Shown here: positions 50,810 to 64,000 of the stretch, in pieces | Position numbering within the stretch: the stretch's first letter is position 1 | Layout of the letters: every line of letters begins with the position of its first letter | Assembly: GCA_035084275.1 (NCBI GenBank) | Contig: CM068750.1 | Location: 10,788,001-10,852,000, forward strand | Reading direction: 5' to 3' | DNA from: Hydrolagus colliei | Taxonomy: Eukaryota | DNA: 64,000 nt | Notes under the pieces: model-generated | Databases searched by the model: none | Told to the model about the DNA's origin: nothing | What the model saw: only the letters and a program-made list of their open reading frames with translations | Made by a program: the position numbers and the translations under genes

Positions 50810-51090
50810 TCATCATTGCCAACTGTCTTCTTGTGTTTTGTCCAAGTTGTCATTCTATGATACATAGTGGGTTTGAACCGAAGCATTGTGTACGTGCATT
50901 TGGCAGTATGGATCTCTTGATGGCAATAAGGGAAAGGAATAGTCTTTATTATTTTCCCTTCCTAAGGCTAAATGTAGCATTTTCTGCTGGTATCGCAGTT
51001 TAAATCAAGTTAAAGATGAAACTTGGGTTCATCTCGTTAGTCCTTTGTTTTATAGTACAAGATTGAGTTCATCAACTGAGCCATTGGGAG
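50810..51090 (-). mobile_element. Long tRNA-derived SINE (family C), highly degenerate
   Basis: ccaagttgtcattct...ttttcccttccta..tgtagca...caactgagccattgggag. Minus-strand head ctcccaatggctcagttg. Confidence 0.45.
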
Positions 51091-52226
51091 AAAACTACTT
51101 AAGATGTTATAAAGACTTTTATAATATACTACGTTAACACGTTTTTCTGTGTGTAATTCACCTGTTTTTTTTTAAACTGTAATTTTGTTTAATGTAGTGG
51201 TTCATCCGCCTAACATAATTTAATGCTGAGGGTTTTGTTACAAAATACCTTACTCAACACGCATCTTGAAATCCAAACAACTTCCCAAATTTACTCCTGT
51301 GCTATATGTATTCGGATCATACTCTTTAACTTCATGTAGTTATGTAATAGTATAGTGGTTTATCTCATCTCCCTTTCTAGAGCTGAACAACTTGGAACAC
51401 CAAGGCTGAATGCATAAGAGATCTATCTGTCTTTATTACAGCTGCCTCTTGTTGAACTCGCTGTGCCGACTGATTTTCAAAAAAACAAAGAAAGTTCCAT
51501 CTTTCAGTGAAATGACCATACTTCTTACTGGGGTTTATTTTACTGCTGTCTCACTCAAGTTCACTTCTTGTTTAGTGAGAGCGCATTCATCCTTTAGGAG
51601 GTGGTCAGATATGTCAAAACCTAGCTCCTTATCTCCCCAGAAAATACATTCTTCAACATAATGAGACCAAATTTCATACGCAGCTTTGTTTTGATGGTGT
51701 TTCAGTTGAGTTCACTTGGCAGTTCGGGGCAATATTACTTGACCTCTTCCAAGTGGCCAACATGCTACAATTTACCCAGACCAGCATATATAAGGTCAAG
51801 TTTCATAACAAGACATGTTTTGATTATCCTGCCATTTTGTTCCATGACCTCCATGCTGGATGCTACCCTGGTTAACACCCTTGAAGGCACCCTTTCAGCC
51901 GAATGGACCAAATATGGTGATTGTAGGTTTCCTTGGTGGTCTTTCAATCAAATTAATTGTCAGAACAGTTCACCCAAATTTGATCATCAAGTCAAGGGCA
52001 GAGACAGTAGAGGGAAGTCATTATTGCATTTCTCTTTGATTTGTTCATATTAATAATGGTAAAGATATTTTTTAAATGGGATTGATTTGAATATAATGTG
52101 TAGCAATCTCGCTCTGTATTATTTTAGTGGTTTACTTGAGCTTTTCCTACATCAGAAATTCATTTCCATGATCTGTGCCTTGCACCTCCAGCCTGTTTTA
52201 CCTCCTTCCAAATCCCACTTTTGATG

Positions 52227-52295
52227 CAACAACAACTTGTGTACAACAACAACTTGCATTTATATAGCACCCTTTATCTAGAGTGGTGTTTCAGA
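52227..52295 (-). mobile_element. L2-type 3' tail
   Basis: (caa)n cttgcatttatatagcacc, as at 10088-10120. Confidence 0.65.
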
Positions 52296-55200
52296 CCTAA
52301 CAATGTCAGAGCTTGGTGCGAGTTCAGGAGAGGAGATAAGTTACCTTGGCATGGCCAAAGAGAACGGTCATCAGGTGCAATCTTTGAGCGTATCATGATG
52401 TGGTAGGATGGAAATGTGGCAATAACAAGTAGCTAACTAGCTGAAAGGGATACAGATACTAGCAAAGTCCCACTCTTTTTCCCTCCCCACATGTATTGGA
52501 TGAGCTGCGAGTTGGACAAGTGAGTGTACACAAATACACCAGTTGGGAGCTAGTGCACTTGCTTTAATATATTAGTTGTAATTGCCCACTATATTTCCTG
52601 TTGAAATTGGAACCCAAGCTAATGGATACATTATCTTTTTACTAACTCCAAGTAATCTAGGCTATTTTTACCTCTAAGCATCCTAGCTATTTATTAAGAA
52701 ATTCGTGCAATTTAATTGTCACTTTGGTTCGTATAGCAACATTAACATATAAAACCTTCTTTTCTAAAGTATATCATGAATATTAAATCTGGAGAAAACT
52801 ACCTTTCAACAGTTAGCATAAACCCTTCTTGATGTGTGCACCATCAATAAACATTTGGAAGCCATGTATGGAAATTATGGTAAATGTTAATCTTTTGGAA
52901 ATGCATAGAAACTGCATAATGTATTCATTTGTAACTGATCGTACAAATCTTTCTGTAATAACAGTCAAAAAATAAGTAGAATATCTTTGTTTGTAGAGGA
53001 ACATATCAGATGGATTACTGTAACTTGACCTGGGAAGGGCCAATAAAGTAATTAAAATATACACTGATAGAGACATGTTTCCTGGCTTCACCTTAACTTA
53101 CAGCAGGTTGTTCCTTTGATATTGAACTAATACGGCTCATGTGATAAAGGGATCCAGACGTATTGATAAATTCATTGATTCTACTCATTCTTGTAGTCTT
53201 GGACTGGAGATTGAATGATCAAAAGTGATTGACCTTCAGTGTGTACTAAACAAACACCAGATGGTCAAGATTCAGCAAACCTTTTCTTCAGACCCATGTC
53301 CCCCATGCTGCTTCCCACTGAGCCTTTATCCTCCGTTTGTCACAATGCCAGAACTTGAAGTGGTGGGGTTTTCAAAACAGTGATGGCTTAGAGCATGGCC
53401 CACTAAGTGTTTTGTCCTTATTTGCTCTAAACCAGAAGTATTTAACAGCATTTATACACTTAATTAAAGATGCTCATGAGAGTTTGAAGGAGTATTTGGC
53501 ATCTCGAGGCTCAGCCTGATGATCATGGACTCTATTTTAATCATAAACTTGTATATTATAGCTTAGCAAGTTTGCCATGCATTATGGGGTGCACATATTT
53601 TTCCCTTTAGTCCCACCTGTATCCACAAATAGAATTGATGTGTAATAATTATTGAAGAATCCATCCCATTTTGAAATATTTGAACATTTATTTGGTAGCA
53701 CTGTTTAGTTTTGCAAAACAAACATTCTACTTTGTTTTCAATGGAAAACCTTCTGAATTAACTTGTTCAGTTGCACGAATGTTTAGCAGCAAGATATTGA
53801 AAACATTCTGCACTCATTGCAGATTTAATGAAGTTTGGTGTATGGTATAATGGGATCACATTAAGAACCATTGTCCATAATTTTTTTAAGGTATGTAATT
53901 TCCTTTCTGCATTGTGGTAAAATGCCACATGGCCAATGCTTATTTCAGCTGACAACAAGGTTCCACACTAATACAAAGCAGTACAGCCCTTTCATTTCTG
54001 GCAGCACAGCTGGGTAAAGCTTGCATGTTTCATTAGGTTAACATAATGGATTATTTGATATTTCTACCTTACTAGATTGCCGTATGTGCATACTTATGAC
54101 AGATTCAATAATGCTGGCAATATTCTGAGTGCAAATGGTGCTCTTATGTGGATTTGTCAGTGAGCCAGATTTATCTCAGTGTTCCCCATTATAACCTGAA
54201 AGAAAAACATCAAGAAGAGCCTTTCTTTTCAGTTCCAGATTGCTATTGCTAACATATCAAATTCATTCCTTAGTAATCCAGATCATTTTCCTGAAGCTTT
54301 GAGGCTAGTGTGTAGTAGTTTGTTGGAGAGCTCAAAGAAACTCAATCCTGACAGACCAAAGAGCTCTTCGACTGTCACTTTATGTCATTAACAATTTGCT
54401 AAAGCCATTACAGATGGGACGAACTGATTAGAACTGAGGAGGGAGGATCTTTTTCCCAGCCAGAAATGTCTCTTGGGACTCTCACAGCGTGTGAAGTTTC
54501 TGCTGATTAATGGGAGAAAAACAGGGCTGCCTGTCCTACAGTTGCTCATACAGCTTATTAGGCTTGACTTAAATTCCATGTCTGTAATGGGAGGATTATC
54601 AAGAGCACAGCTACTGTATACAGAATCACATTCCTACTATCAGTCAAGCTGAACATTAAACAAAGGTCTGTGAGGTATACGTGCCATTAAATCAATACTT
54701 TTCTCAGGGCTCAGCCTTTTTATTAGCAGTTAGATCATGTTATGATGGAAGCCAAGTGCTGCTGAAGGACAGAGATCATAATCTGCTCCCCCACCCCCAC
54801 CCTAACTCAGCCACTCGTTTTATCCATTTTAATTAATGATACAACTGTAACATTACTTCCTTGCAAATCCAGAGCAGCACTATCAGCTGAGACGTGACAC
54901 TTAAAGATTTTATCTATGCGCCAGGTTCAAGTTTTTAAACATTCTCATATTGTGCAAAGTGTGGAGGATGAACAACAGTGCACTGAAGTATATCCAGCAC
55001 TCCTGTCCTCACCACCTGATCCCTGAAATCTGATTCCTTTTTAAGGCTTGTGTTCTGTTGGAGGCTGTCGATCATCACTGTGACTTGCGGCAGTGTTAAA
55101 TGAACAGGACTTAAACATTCCTTCTCACTACTATATTTTGTCAGCGTAAAGTATAGATGTTTGTGCAATACCATGTCATTTGATTTTCAAATGCAACTGT

Positions 55201-55774
55201 AGAAATCACTAAAAGCCATTATTCTTTTTTGATAAAAAGACATTCTCGTCTGATAACCTCTAAAACATGCCTGAGAACAATAAAGAAAAGCTTTTGTTTG
55301 AGGTAATTTCTCACACAGTTGAATTTAGAGTTTTGTGGTTAACATTCTTTTGCTTATCCAGTTATCCAATCATTTTTGTGATGTCAAAATCAATGAGGAG
55401 CTATTTAAAGTACAGTTTTCCAATCTTTAAAGGATCAATCAAAATCTAATTATCATGTTAGGATGAAAAGAAAAGGAACTTTTCAGTCTGGTTCAAGTGT
55501 CACCTAAACCCTCTGTTAACACAACAACTACTTACTGTATAGGAAAACATTGCTAAGAGGTGTGGAGCAGATGATTATAAACTGTCTGTTGTTCTAACAG
55601 TGTTCAACTATGGCTAAGTCAGTTTATGAGTGGAGTTTAATGCAACGGTCCTACTATTCACTGACACATACTAAATATAAATACTGTTGTGTTCATTTCA
55701 TTTTTTTGCATTTTTTTTGCTATGTGCATATTTGTGCTTTCAGGTCATATTAGTCAACCCAGTTGTCCTTTAAA

Positions 55775-56572
55775 GATTGGCTTGGGCCAGGGCCTCCCCA
55801 CCTCAGCTACTAGCAGCATCAACCTCTATGGATGCATACTGTACTTCACCAAGCCAGTCAGGAACCAAAGGTGGCTTGTTCCATCCACATCCGTTTTTTC
55901 TCCCCTGCATCCATGCCATCACCTGCTGCGCCTTCGGTAACCTCCACAACATTGCCTGACTCCGCCACTACCTCACTCCTCAGGCTGCTGAAACTCTCAG
56001 TGATGCCTGCATTATGTACAGGCTAGACTATGCTAACACCCTGCTTGTCAGGCTCCCAACTCCTCCCTCCATTGGCTGCAGATCATCCAGAACTCTGCAG
56101 CCAGTGTCCTCTCCTGCACCAACTACCGTGACCCTATCATCCCGATTCTTGCCCAAATCCACTGGCTTTCCATCACCCAGAGGATTCAATTCAAGATCTT
56201 GATCCTTACCTTTAAAGTCCCCCAGGGCCTTGCCCCACCCTCCCTCTGTGAACTCCTAACCCGCTACCAACATGACCATTCCCTCCGCTCAGCGGACTCT
56301 GGCTTGCTCCATGTCCCCTGGCCCACCATCGGCAGGTGAGTCTTCAACCACTCTGCCTCAACCTTTGGAATTCTATCCTGCAATCCCACCGCCTCGTCCC
56401 TTCCCTAGCCTCCTTCAAGTCCTGCCTCATGACCCTCCTCTTCAACTGTGCCATCAGTCACCCCCACCCTTCCCACCACCCTCCCTGATCTGGTCTGAAA
56501 CACTGATCATCTAGTGCCTTAGGACGTCCTCCCAATGTTAAAAGGCACCATACAACTGTGATTTTGTTGTTT
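55775..56572 (+). mobile_element. L2 LINE 3' fragment (about 800 bp), decayed ORF2 end plus tail
   Basis: Frames give HNIA*LRHYLTPQAAETL..RLDYANTLL..LQIIQNSAA..ILAQIHWL..RIQFKILILTFK..LRSADSGLL. Tail aggacgtcctcc..aaaggcaccatac..ttgttgtt. Confidence 0.92.
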
Positions 56573-57544
56573 ACTGTGGAAAAAATGTTGCAAGTTATTC
56601 AATTGGTAGGACAAGCAAAGAATAACATTTAAAAAATCTGACATAAAACTCACAGAGAGTAATGCCATCATTAAAATTCTAGCACAAAAAGACTGCTACT
56701 GTACAGTTCACAAACTGAACAGAATTAAAGCAAAATAGTTCAAACACATAAATTAAAGTTTCTGCCTGCTTATATAGATCTGTAACATATAATTAAGGTG
56801 TTTAAGCTTATGACTTTCTTTCTTCCCAGCTGGTGTGGCAATGAATGTAAACCACGACTGGTGAGGAAGGTGACTTTGCTCAAGTGTTTCAACTTATCCT
56901 CCAAGCACAATCACCCTGTTGTAATCGTGTCCATGCATTGAATATAACCAACATGTCAATCATTCCTAGTGCTTTATTAAATAATTAAAGCTTTCTTCCC
57001 TATATAACAATTATTTTCACGTCCTCAACTGGTATTAACTTTAATATACACAAAGACAGCAAGTTTCAAATGTTGACTGGCCAATTGGAGTGTTTTGAAG
57101 GATATCTGATCACCACATTAAATGCAGGAGATTAAGTATTGGGAAAACATAACTTTTAATTATCTCCAAAGGTAGGGCAATGTATGTTTAATCCATGAAA
57201 GCGGTAACATTGCTTCTTTGTTTGTCTAAAAAACTGGATTTAGTAAAGGTATTACAAGATGGTCTTGTGAAATCTGTCAATAGTAATTGATGCTGCATAA
57301 TAATACAGTCACAGGTACCACCTGCAGTTTTACACCTTCAAACACATGATTATTTGTCCAGGCATGCCTGAGAAGTTGGTTGGTAACAATGCCTAGACTA
57401 TTAAATATCAGTTAATGTCATACTTTTTCAAATATGTTTCATTTGCATCCTTTAATATGACAAATGTGTCTTGTAAACCAATTCAATCTTATCAGGCATG
57501 TATACTCTATTGATTGAGTAGATCATCATTTAAAAATCTAAAGT

Positions 57545-57682
57545 ATAAGAACATAAGAAATAGGAGCAGGAGTAGGTCCTTCAGCCCCTTGAGCCTGCTC
57601 CGCTATTTAATAGGATCATGGCTGATCTTCTAATCTAATTCCATTTAACTGCCCTATACCCATAGCCTTTAATCCCTCTATA
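57545..57682 (-). mobile_element. CR1 3' terminus (second CR1 family)
   Basis: ataagaacataagaaataggagcaggagtaggtccttcagccccttgagcctgctccgc..gatcatggctgatc, with an octamer terminal repeat. Confidence 0.85.
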
Positions 57683-57829
57683 TGCAATTACAGCCTGCCA
57701 TTTTAAAAAGGATAAATTATTTTTTTAAAGAATTACTTTAATGAAACAAAGTACTCAACAGGTTATTATATTGTGCTAAGAATACTACGATGTTGTTGCA
57801 CCACTAAATGCTAAGATATGTGATCACAA

Positions 57830-58240
57830 GGCAGTCCAGAAAGTGCAGTGGATGTAGCTGCAGTTTGAGTACAGGAATGTTGCTAATTCAATTCCTCGTC
57901 CATGTCGAGCCAGGGGTGCTGGGGAAGGTTTGCCCAGGTTTATGGAGGAGAAAGACATTGAAGTTCTTAGAACTGATCCCTCTTCATCAGATTCTAGTGG
58001 TTATGGGCCCATGTGCTAACTGCAAGAGAAAAGGTTGGGTTGGGCTCCACTATGACACTCACTACAGTCAACTGCCCTGCTGGTACTCACCACCATGAAG
58101 AATGGCTAATTGGGTAAAGTACCAGAAGTCAACTAGCGTCCATGCATGTGGAGATCCTATACTATTCTGCAGGTAACCATGTCCCAGAATGAGAAGCTTG
58201 GGATCAGGAACAGAGGCAAATGCCAATTGGGTTAAAAGCA
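57830..58240 (+). mobile_element. Long tRNA-derived SINE (family C), degenerate
   Basis: ttgggctccactatgacactcactacagtcaactgccctgctggtactcac..gaagaatggctaattggg aligns with the reverse complement of 22755-22850. Confidence 0.5.
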
Positions 58241-60329
58241 GAAAAATAATTAGATGCATTTTAAAAAGATATAGGATTATACTCACTATTTCTGAAGCAC
58301 GGACTTTCTCATTCTCATTGTATTGCCCACATAGAAGGACTGAACACTCCCGACCACTCTTGCGCACCTCCCAGTGACTGTCAATCACAGTGATGTGTTT
58401 GCAGAAGCCTATTAGCTAAAGAATTGTATGTGGAGGAGTTAAAATCGGAGAGAAACTAATGCAAAAAGTGGAGGAAAAAATAACATACACTGTAGAGCCA
58501 GAATAATTCATCTTGAAAAGGGATTACCAGACAACAACAACAACAACCAGAAATCTTAATGAGAAATTCAGATGACAACATAAACTGTAAGAACATAAAC
58601 TATTCTGTAAACTCCACAATAAGATTCCTTTTGAAAAAATGATTTTCTTGCATCCAATACAGTTTACAATATCTGCTGTGGAATTGGTGGGGAAGATTTC
58701 ATTATTTCCTACTTTATTTTGTTTACTAACTCAGGTCACTGAGGATGTTAATAGCCAGGATGCTCCAAATGTGTTGTATTGACATAAATAGGGAAGTATT
58801 AATGACTGTCATTGATCAGAGTTTACATATGCAGTTGGTTATCAACAGAGATTAATAGATCTACATACTTAACACAAGATTTTCCCAAATTTTGTGCAGT
58901 TGGCTTCATTGGATGGTTTATGGCTATTTTACATGGAGCAAACCATGTGTAAAATCATGTTTATGGTTAAATTTTTATGACAAAGAACTTTCCTGATTCG
59001 TATGTCCTTGTGTTTCTTAACAAGATGTATCTCATGCGTCCAATTTATCACCCCTTAGTCAGTCACTTGATGATATGTTGATGTTACACTTGTTGAGAAT
59101 TAATGGGCATTTCTGTTTATTTGAGTTAGGTGCTCTCAGCGGTGGCCATCCACTAACACTTCAACAGGTAGAGGGAAGGACATAACACACACCAGTTCAT
59201 TTCAGGGAGTAAGACTTTTTCTGCCAATTGTCTTCACTTTTTCCAAAAAAACTCACACATGCAGACACCACCTGCAGACATAACATACTCTGCCTCGTAA
59301 GCTCTGTATAATCAACCAGGATAGGATTTCCAAGCTGTAGATTACAAGGAATCCAATACTGCAATAAGATTTTCCCTGTTTAAAACCAAATGTATGATAT
59401 TACATTTAAATTACAGAGGTTATAATAAGTGAACTTGGCAACAGAAACTGGTCTTTTTCTTTTGGAACATATTCTGCACATTTTATATAATGTTGCAGAA
59501 CTAATATAGTACTGTACTGTAAGGTGAACAATTCAATCATCATTGTTGCACAGTGTGTGAGTAAAATATCCTGAAGCAATACAGGGCTCTACGTGTGAAC
59601 CCTTCCTGCTTTTCTAATGGTATTAACTGAGAACACTGGAATTATGCTATCATTACTCTGCAATCAGGACAGGAGAATTTGCACATAAATATATATGTCT
59701 GATAGCTGGCAGAGAAATGCTGCTGAAACTTTTAAACTGTCAATATTTTTACTGTCAATAAATGTGTAAACGATATCCAGCATAGCTTCATTTTAAATTT
59801 TAAAAACCTTGCTTTATATCAGTTGAAGTTTCATATCAGATTTTGGTGTGAGGTGCAGGAGGCTCTGTGCCTCAAATACTCTTGGCCAAATTCCGAAACG
59901 AAATGGTTCTGACTACATTTGTACTGTGATTCATTTGTTGACATGAAGCCAAAACTGCTTTGCGGAAAAAGAAAGCGTGCAGTAAAAATGGCCCACAAAG
60001 CTTGTTCCACGTCCTTTTACAGTGAGGTTATGTGTTGTAGAGGTTGCTAGTCTAGGTTGTACCACCACCTGAACCTTCATGTGAGCCTTAAGAGAAAATG
60101 TGTTCTGCAATTTATGCACAAAATCAAATCATCAATACAAAGATCTCAACACCTCTGATAAGGAAAGAGAAAGTGCTGCACAAAACAGATCAATGAATAG
60201 ACCACCAACACATAAACTATGAACCAGGTTATGTTCATGGTACAGAACTGTCCTTCTTTTAAATTATCTTACTGTTTGGAGTGGGTGACAGTGTGGCATT
60301 CCTATTGAAAGAAGGGGATTTGACTTGAG

Positions 60330-60600
60330 TTTCCAGTTCACCTATACTGGGTGCAGAAATATTGCCTTGTGTCTATCCTGAAATTGCCCATTGTAAGCCT
60401 AAATCTGTCCTCTTATTCTGATGCCTCAGTGCATTCAAAAATGTCGCTCTGAGTTTACTCTCTTAATCCCATATCAAATCTTATATACCTCTAGAAATTC
60501 CCCTCTGATTGAATAGCCCTAGTTTTTCTCATTGATATTCCTAGCACATTTGCCTAACACTCAGAATCTTCCTTGTTGCTCTCTTCTGCACTGCCTCTTG
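60330..60600 (-). mobile_element. CR1 ORF2 3' fragment
   Basis: gcagaaatattgcc..tctatcctgaaattgccc..ttatatacctct..ttccttgttgctctcttctgcac is similar to 12985-13080. Confidence 0.6.
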
Positions 60601-61020
60601 ATTCAAGTTTGCTTGCTCTTTGACAGGCATATCATATTGGAGCCAGATTACCCACCTCTCTCCCCAAGGGAATGGTCACGATTCATACTTGTCCAAAGGC
60701 TACAATGAAGAGTTCAAATCCTAGGGAAGCCAAGTCTTTTTTTTGTAATCCTACATGTTGATGTATGCTGATGAACTGCTTTACAAAAGAAATAGATTAG
60801 TATCTGGTTTGGAAATATAGGGAACAAACACCCACCAGGCTTTTGTGATCCAAGCATGAGGGAGTGTTGTCTGAGGAAAGGTGTAATCTAGGGATAAATA
60901 GGGATGATGTCAGGAAACATGTATATAGAATTATCTAACAGAAGTCAGGGAATGATGTGAAATTTACTGTAATTAAGTGTAGATAAGTAGTAGTAGCAAT
61001 GAGTAAAGAATTACTGTACT

Positions 61021-61109
61021 GAAATTGCCCTTTGTAAGCCTAAATCTGGGTTCTCTTGTTCTGCTGTTTCAGTGCATTTGAAAATGTTGCTCTGAATTTA
61101 TTGTCTTAA
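61021..61109 (-). mobile_element. Second copy of the CR1 segment at 60380-60466
   Basis: gaaattgccc(a/t)ttgtaagcctaaatctg..ctctt..ttctg..cagtgcatt..aaaatgt..gctctga..tcttaa appears in both. Confidence 0.75.
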
Positions 61110-62849
61110 CTTGTTTATGTGGAAGGAGCACACTTGATGGATGAATGTTTTTTTTCATTTGGTGCCAGACACATGAAGAAACTTATTACCATGCTTAAGA
61201 GTATCAAAAACAAAACTGAGAATTACAGTACATGTATCCCACCAAACACTGTATCCCATGCAAACACTTCTGAGTGAGAATGTAATAAAAATATGGGATG
61301 CCTTAAAAAATAAATAAAATATGCTTTCCCAATTTAAAATATAAATTAGTTTGGTATGTGTTTAGTTATTTGATATTTGTGCCAGTAGAAGGAATGTTAT
61401 AATTGTCTGAATGTTTGTGGCCAGGATTTAGAGGGTCACAACAAAAGCATGAGTGCATAATGATTCAAAATTGTTCAGAAATAAATCCTATGTCCTGCAT
61501 GTGTAATTGACATGATTCTCAAAAAAAGTCCTCTTTCTACTCTAGTTTCATTTGCTTTCAAATGTTGCTTAGTTGTATAATCAGATAACGCAATTCAACA
61601 ATGTTATACAATAGAGTATTTACTGATTTAAAGAAATAGATTGCTGAAACCATGATCTTTGTTAGTGTGCTTTTAAATTGATCAGATTAACCTAAGGCAG
61701 AAATCATGATATTATTGTGTCCTGTAGGATTTTTTCCATACACAGTTTTTTAACTCTGAGGGAAAGATAGGGCAGCAGATTTTCTTGCAGGAGACATTGC
61801 TTTAATCTGCCCTAAATTGTGCCATTTGCAACACGTCTATCACTAAAACTTAATTAAATATAGCCTTTCCTCTGTTAAAAACTGTTTACTCACATTTGCT
61901 CACTGTTTACTTCAAATGATGTAAAGGACTCAAATATAACCGTAACATAGGTGTCTAGGGAAACGCTAGGGGGTCAAAAAATTTAACCCGCTGAGGAAAA
62001 CCTGGTTTCTCCATTGCAATAAGAGACTTTCTTTCTTCCAGGAGTAAATGGTTGCATTATGATGTTATTTATACCTCACCCAGTGTTCCAACAACTCTCC
62101 TATTCACACCACAAGGAGTACATTCTCTTTGTCACAAAGTATTGGATTTGTCCCTTGAGGTTCACATTAGTCTGGGGATAGTTTTAAAGGATGAAATGGG
62201 ATTAGATAAAGTTTACCAACTGAGATGGCAATCCTTAACAAAAAGGCTGTATAAAATGAATCCCTTCTTGTATTTCATACAGTCAGACCCCTCTTTGTTT
62301 CAATATAATTCATTATTTGGGTGATGAGCTGCATCTCTGAGCCAAGTGTTATATTATTTTTGAAAGTGTGTTGCCTAATTTCCTTGCTGAAAATGGCCTA
62401 CTTACTGTGCTGTAACCTTTGGATTCACAAATGATTGAAAAGATCACATACGAAGAAGTTAATAAGAAAAGGATGGCGCAGGAGATGCAGTAGAGTTTGA
62501 ATAAGGATTGTTGATGGTTCAAAGTATTAACACATAGGAATTTGATCCTGTCTGGCCTTGTAAACAATGGCCGATTTCAATATCACAAAACATTCTGATG
62601 GGTCATGAGAATAACTCAAGTCGGAAATAGAAATGCACATGTTGAAATATGGAATTCTCTGAAAATGTGAATAAGAAACTTTGTTCATGTAAAGTTCTAA
62701 CTTGAATGAAGCTATGCAAAACCTGATTCACGTAAGTTTTTATTGTCACGGGATGAAAATGGGACAAGAATTGTATTGAAAAGCCATGACAACCCGTGCT
62801 GAACCTTGTGACATTTACATTATGTGAGGAGTACAAAGTATAAATTACG

Positions 62850-63155
62850 TAATAATAAGAAGAATTCTTGCATTTTAGATATAATGCTTTTCACGTCTTC
62901 TAGACGACTCAAAGCTCTTCACAGAATATACTTTAAAGTGAATTGAGTGTATATTTATAGGTGAAACATGGCTGCCAATTGCGCACAGCAGTATCCCACA
63001 AACAGTTGTGGATTGAAGTGCCCAATTTATTATTATTTTTCTTGAGTAATTATTATCAGGGTGCGGAGTAAGGAAACTTGCCTAAGATTTTGCCCTGGGG
63101 AGAATCAAACCCAGATTTCTCACTTGCGAGGCGAGTCCTGAGTTACAGGATTCTA
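62850..63155 (-). mobile_element. Near-full-length tRNA-CORE SINE, short variant
   Basis: Reverse complement ..ctgggtttgattc..cttaggcaagtttccttactccgcaccctgataataat..gtttgtgggatactgctgtgcgcaattggcagccatgtttcacc.. plus the shared tail. Confidence 0.88.
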
Positions 63156-64000
63156 CAGTACAACAGAATTATATTTACAGTATTTAAGTTTACTAAAAGT
63201 AATGACTTGTAGGAATGATACAAATCAACAATTTTGAATGAATAAATATTATAATAGTGTGACTGAAAAACAAATAAACAGTTCAAAAATGTTTTGACCT
63301 TCATTGTTCAAAGGAAAAGGTTCTTCCAATGGTGATAAGATACTATAAAAATGTAATTTGTTGTTCTTATTGTTGTTTCACTGCACCCAATGTGGCACTG
63401 ACCAGAGCAAGACAAGTTAAGAACAAATCCTTGTATTCACAATGCTTTTTGTCATATTACCTTGCCTTGTGCTCACAATCTTTGTTCAGTCTGAATCACT
63501 AATCTAACTGTATCTGTTACAGAACAGGGAATAAAATATACAAAGCTAATGCAATGGATTTTACTTTCACATGGATTGAATGGAATGGAATTAGAATATA
63601 TTTAACTGCATTATATCCTAGTAGGTTTCTCTAAAGTGTGGACATTTACTTGCATTATTTTAGTGTCCTCAACCCAAACAAAAATACATCCTCATTCCAA
63701 AATACCATCCTGTACAAATGTCTTCAAGACTATTCTCTTATAATCCTCATGTTCCTGATTTCTAGAAATAAAAGTTTAGTGACCATTTTAATATTAAAAC
63801 CTATTCCAAGCAGAAAAACCTGTAGAGCAATTAGTACAGTTTCAGGAAAAACTATGATCTTGTTACTGATTTGTAATTCAGTATGAACATCCAGATTATT
63901 TTTGTTTCGATTTGGTCTCTGAGACCATAGTAAAACTTTCTATTCTGGTTAAATGTGATGAGATTTAGCACATGCCACTTGTAATTTTCTGAAAAGTCTG

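Noticed and set aside
51661-52053. 130-aa ORF
   Set aside because: No recognisable domain and no convincing splice sites; the length is compatible with chance in 64 kb
54405-54590. 10-bp inverted repeat ccattacaga/tctgtaatgg
   Set aside because: Several such matches at this spacing are expected by chance; no TSD or internal structure
54935-55174. Minus-strand 79-aa ORF with possible splice sites
   Set aside because: Weak polypyrimidine tract and no recognisable homology
57808-58388. Overlapping ORFs of 62-106 aa in a GC-elevated patch
   Set aside because: The region aligns with a degenerate SINE (family C); the peptides are unrecognisable
62349-62567. Minus-strand exon ending at CA|GTAAGT
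   Set aside because: Strong donor, but no clear acceptor and an unrecognised peptide
1-64000. CRISPR array, operon or prokaryotic defence system
   Set aside because: No regularly spaced repeat-spacer array and no gene-dense ORFs; SINE/LINE content and CpG depletion indicate vertebrate nuclear DNA

Overview
AT-rich, gene-poor vertebrate genomic DNA with two assembly gaps. The repeat content points to a cartilaginous fish, possibly a chimaera such as Callorhinchus; this is an inference from repeats only. I recognise no host protein-coding exon, rRNA, true tRNA gene or CRISPR array. The few ORFs I can identify are decayed L2/CR1 LINE ORF2 fragments, and the rest look like noise. The window reads as a large intron or intergenic region. 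It carries about 25 tRNA-derived SINE copies from at least four families (tRNA-CORE with a DeuSINE-type tail, Deu-domain SacSINE1/AmnSINE1-like, LF-SINE-like, and a long unclassified family). It also has L2 and CR1 3' fragments, TA-flanked Tc1/mariner MITEs and a hAT-like MITE. The best candidates for follow-up are: (1) an inverted pair of Penelope-type pseudo-LTRs with minimal hammerhead-ribozyme cores around a CpG-rich spacer (38.7-39.0 kb); (2) an LF-SINE-like copy containing three hairpins (4.1-4.4 kb); (3) an RFX X-box/CCAAT cassette followed by a Kozak-ATG micro-exon candidate (28.8-29.0 kb). Family names come from recalled consensus motifs, not database searches, and boundaries of degenerate repeats are approximate.
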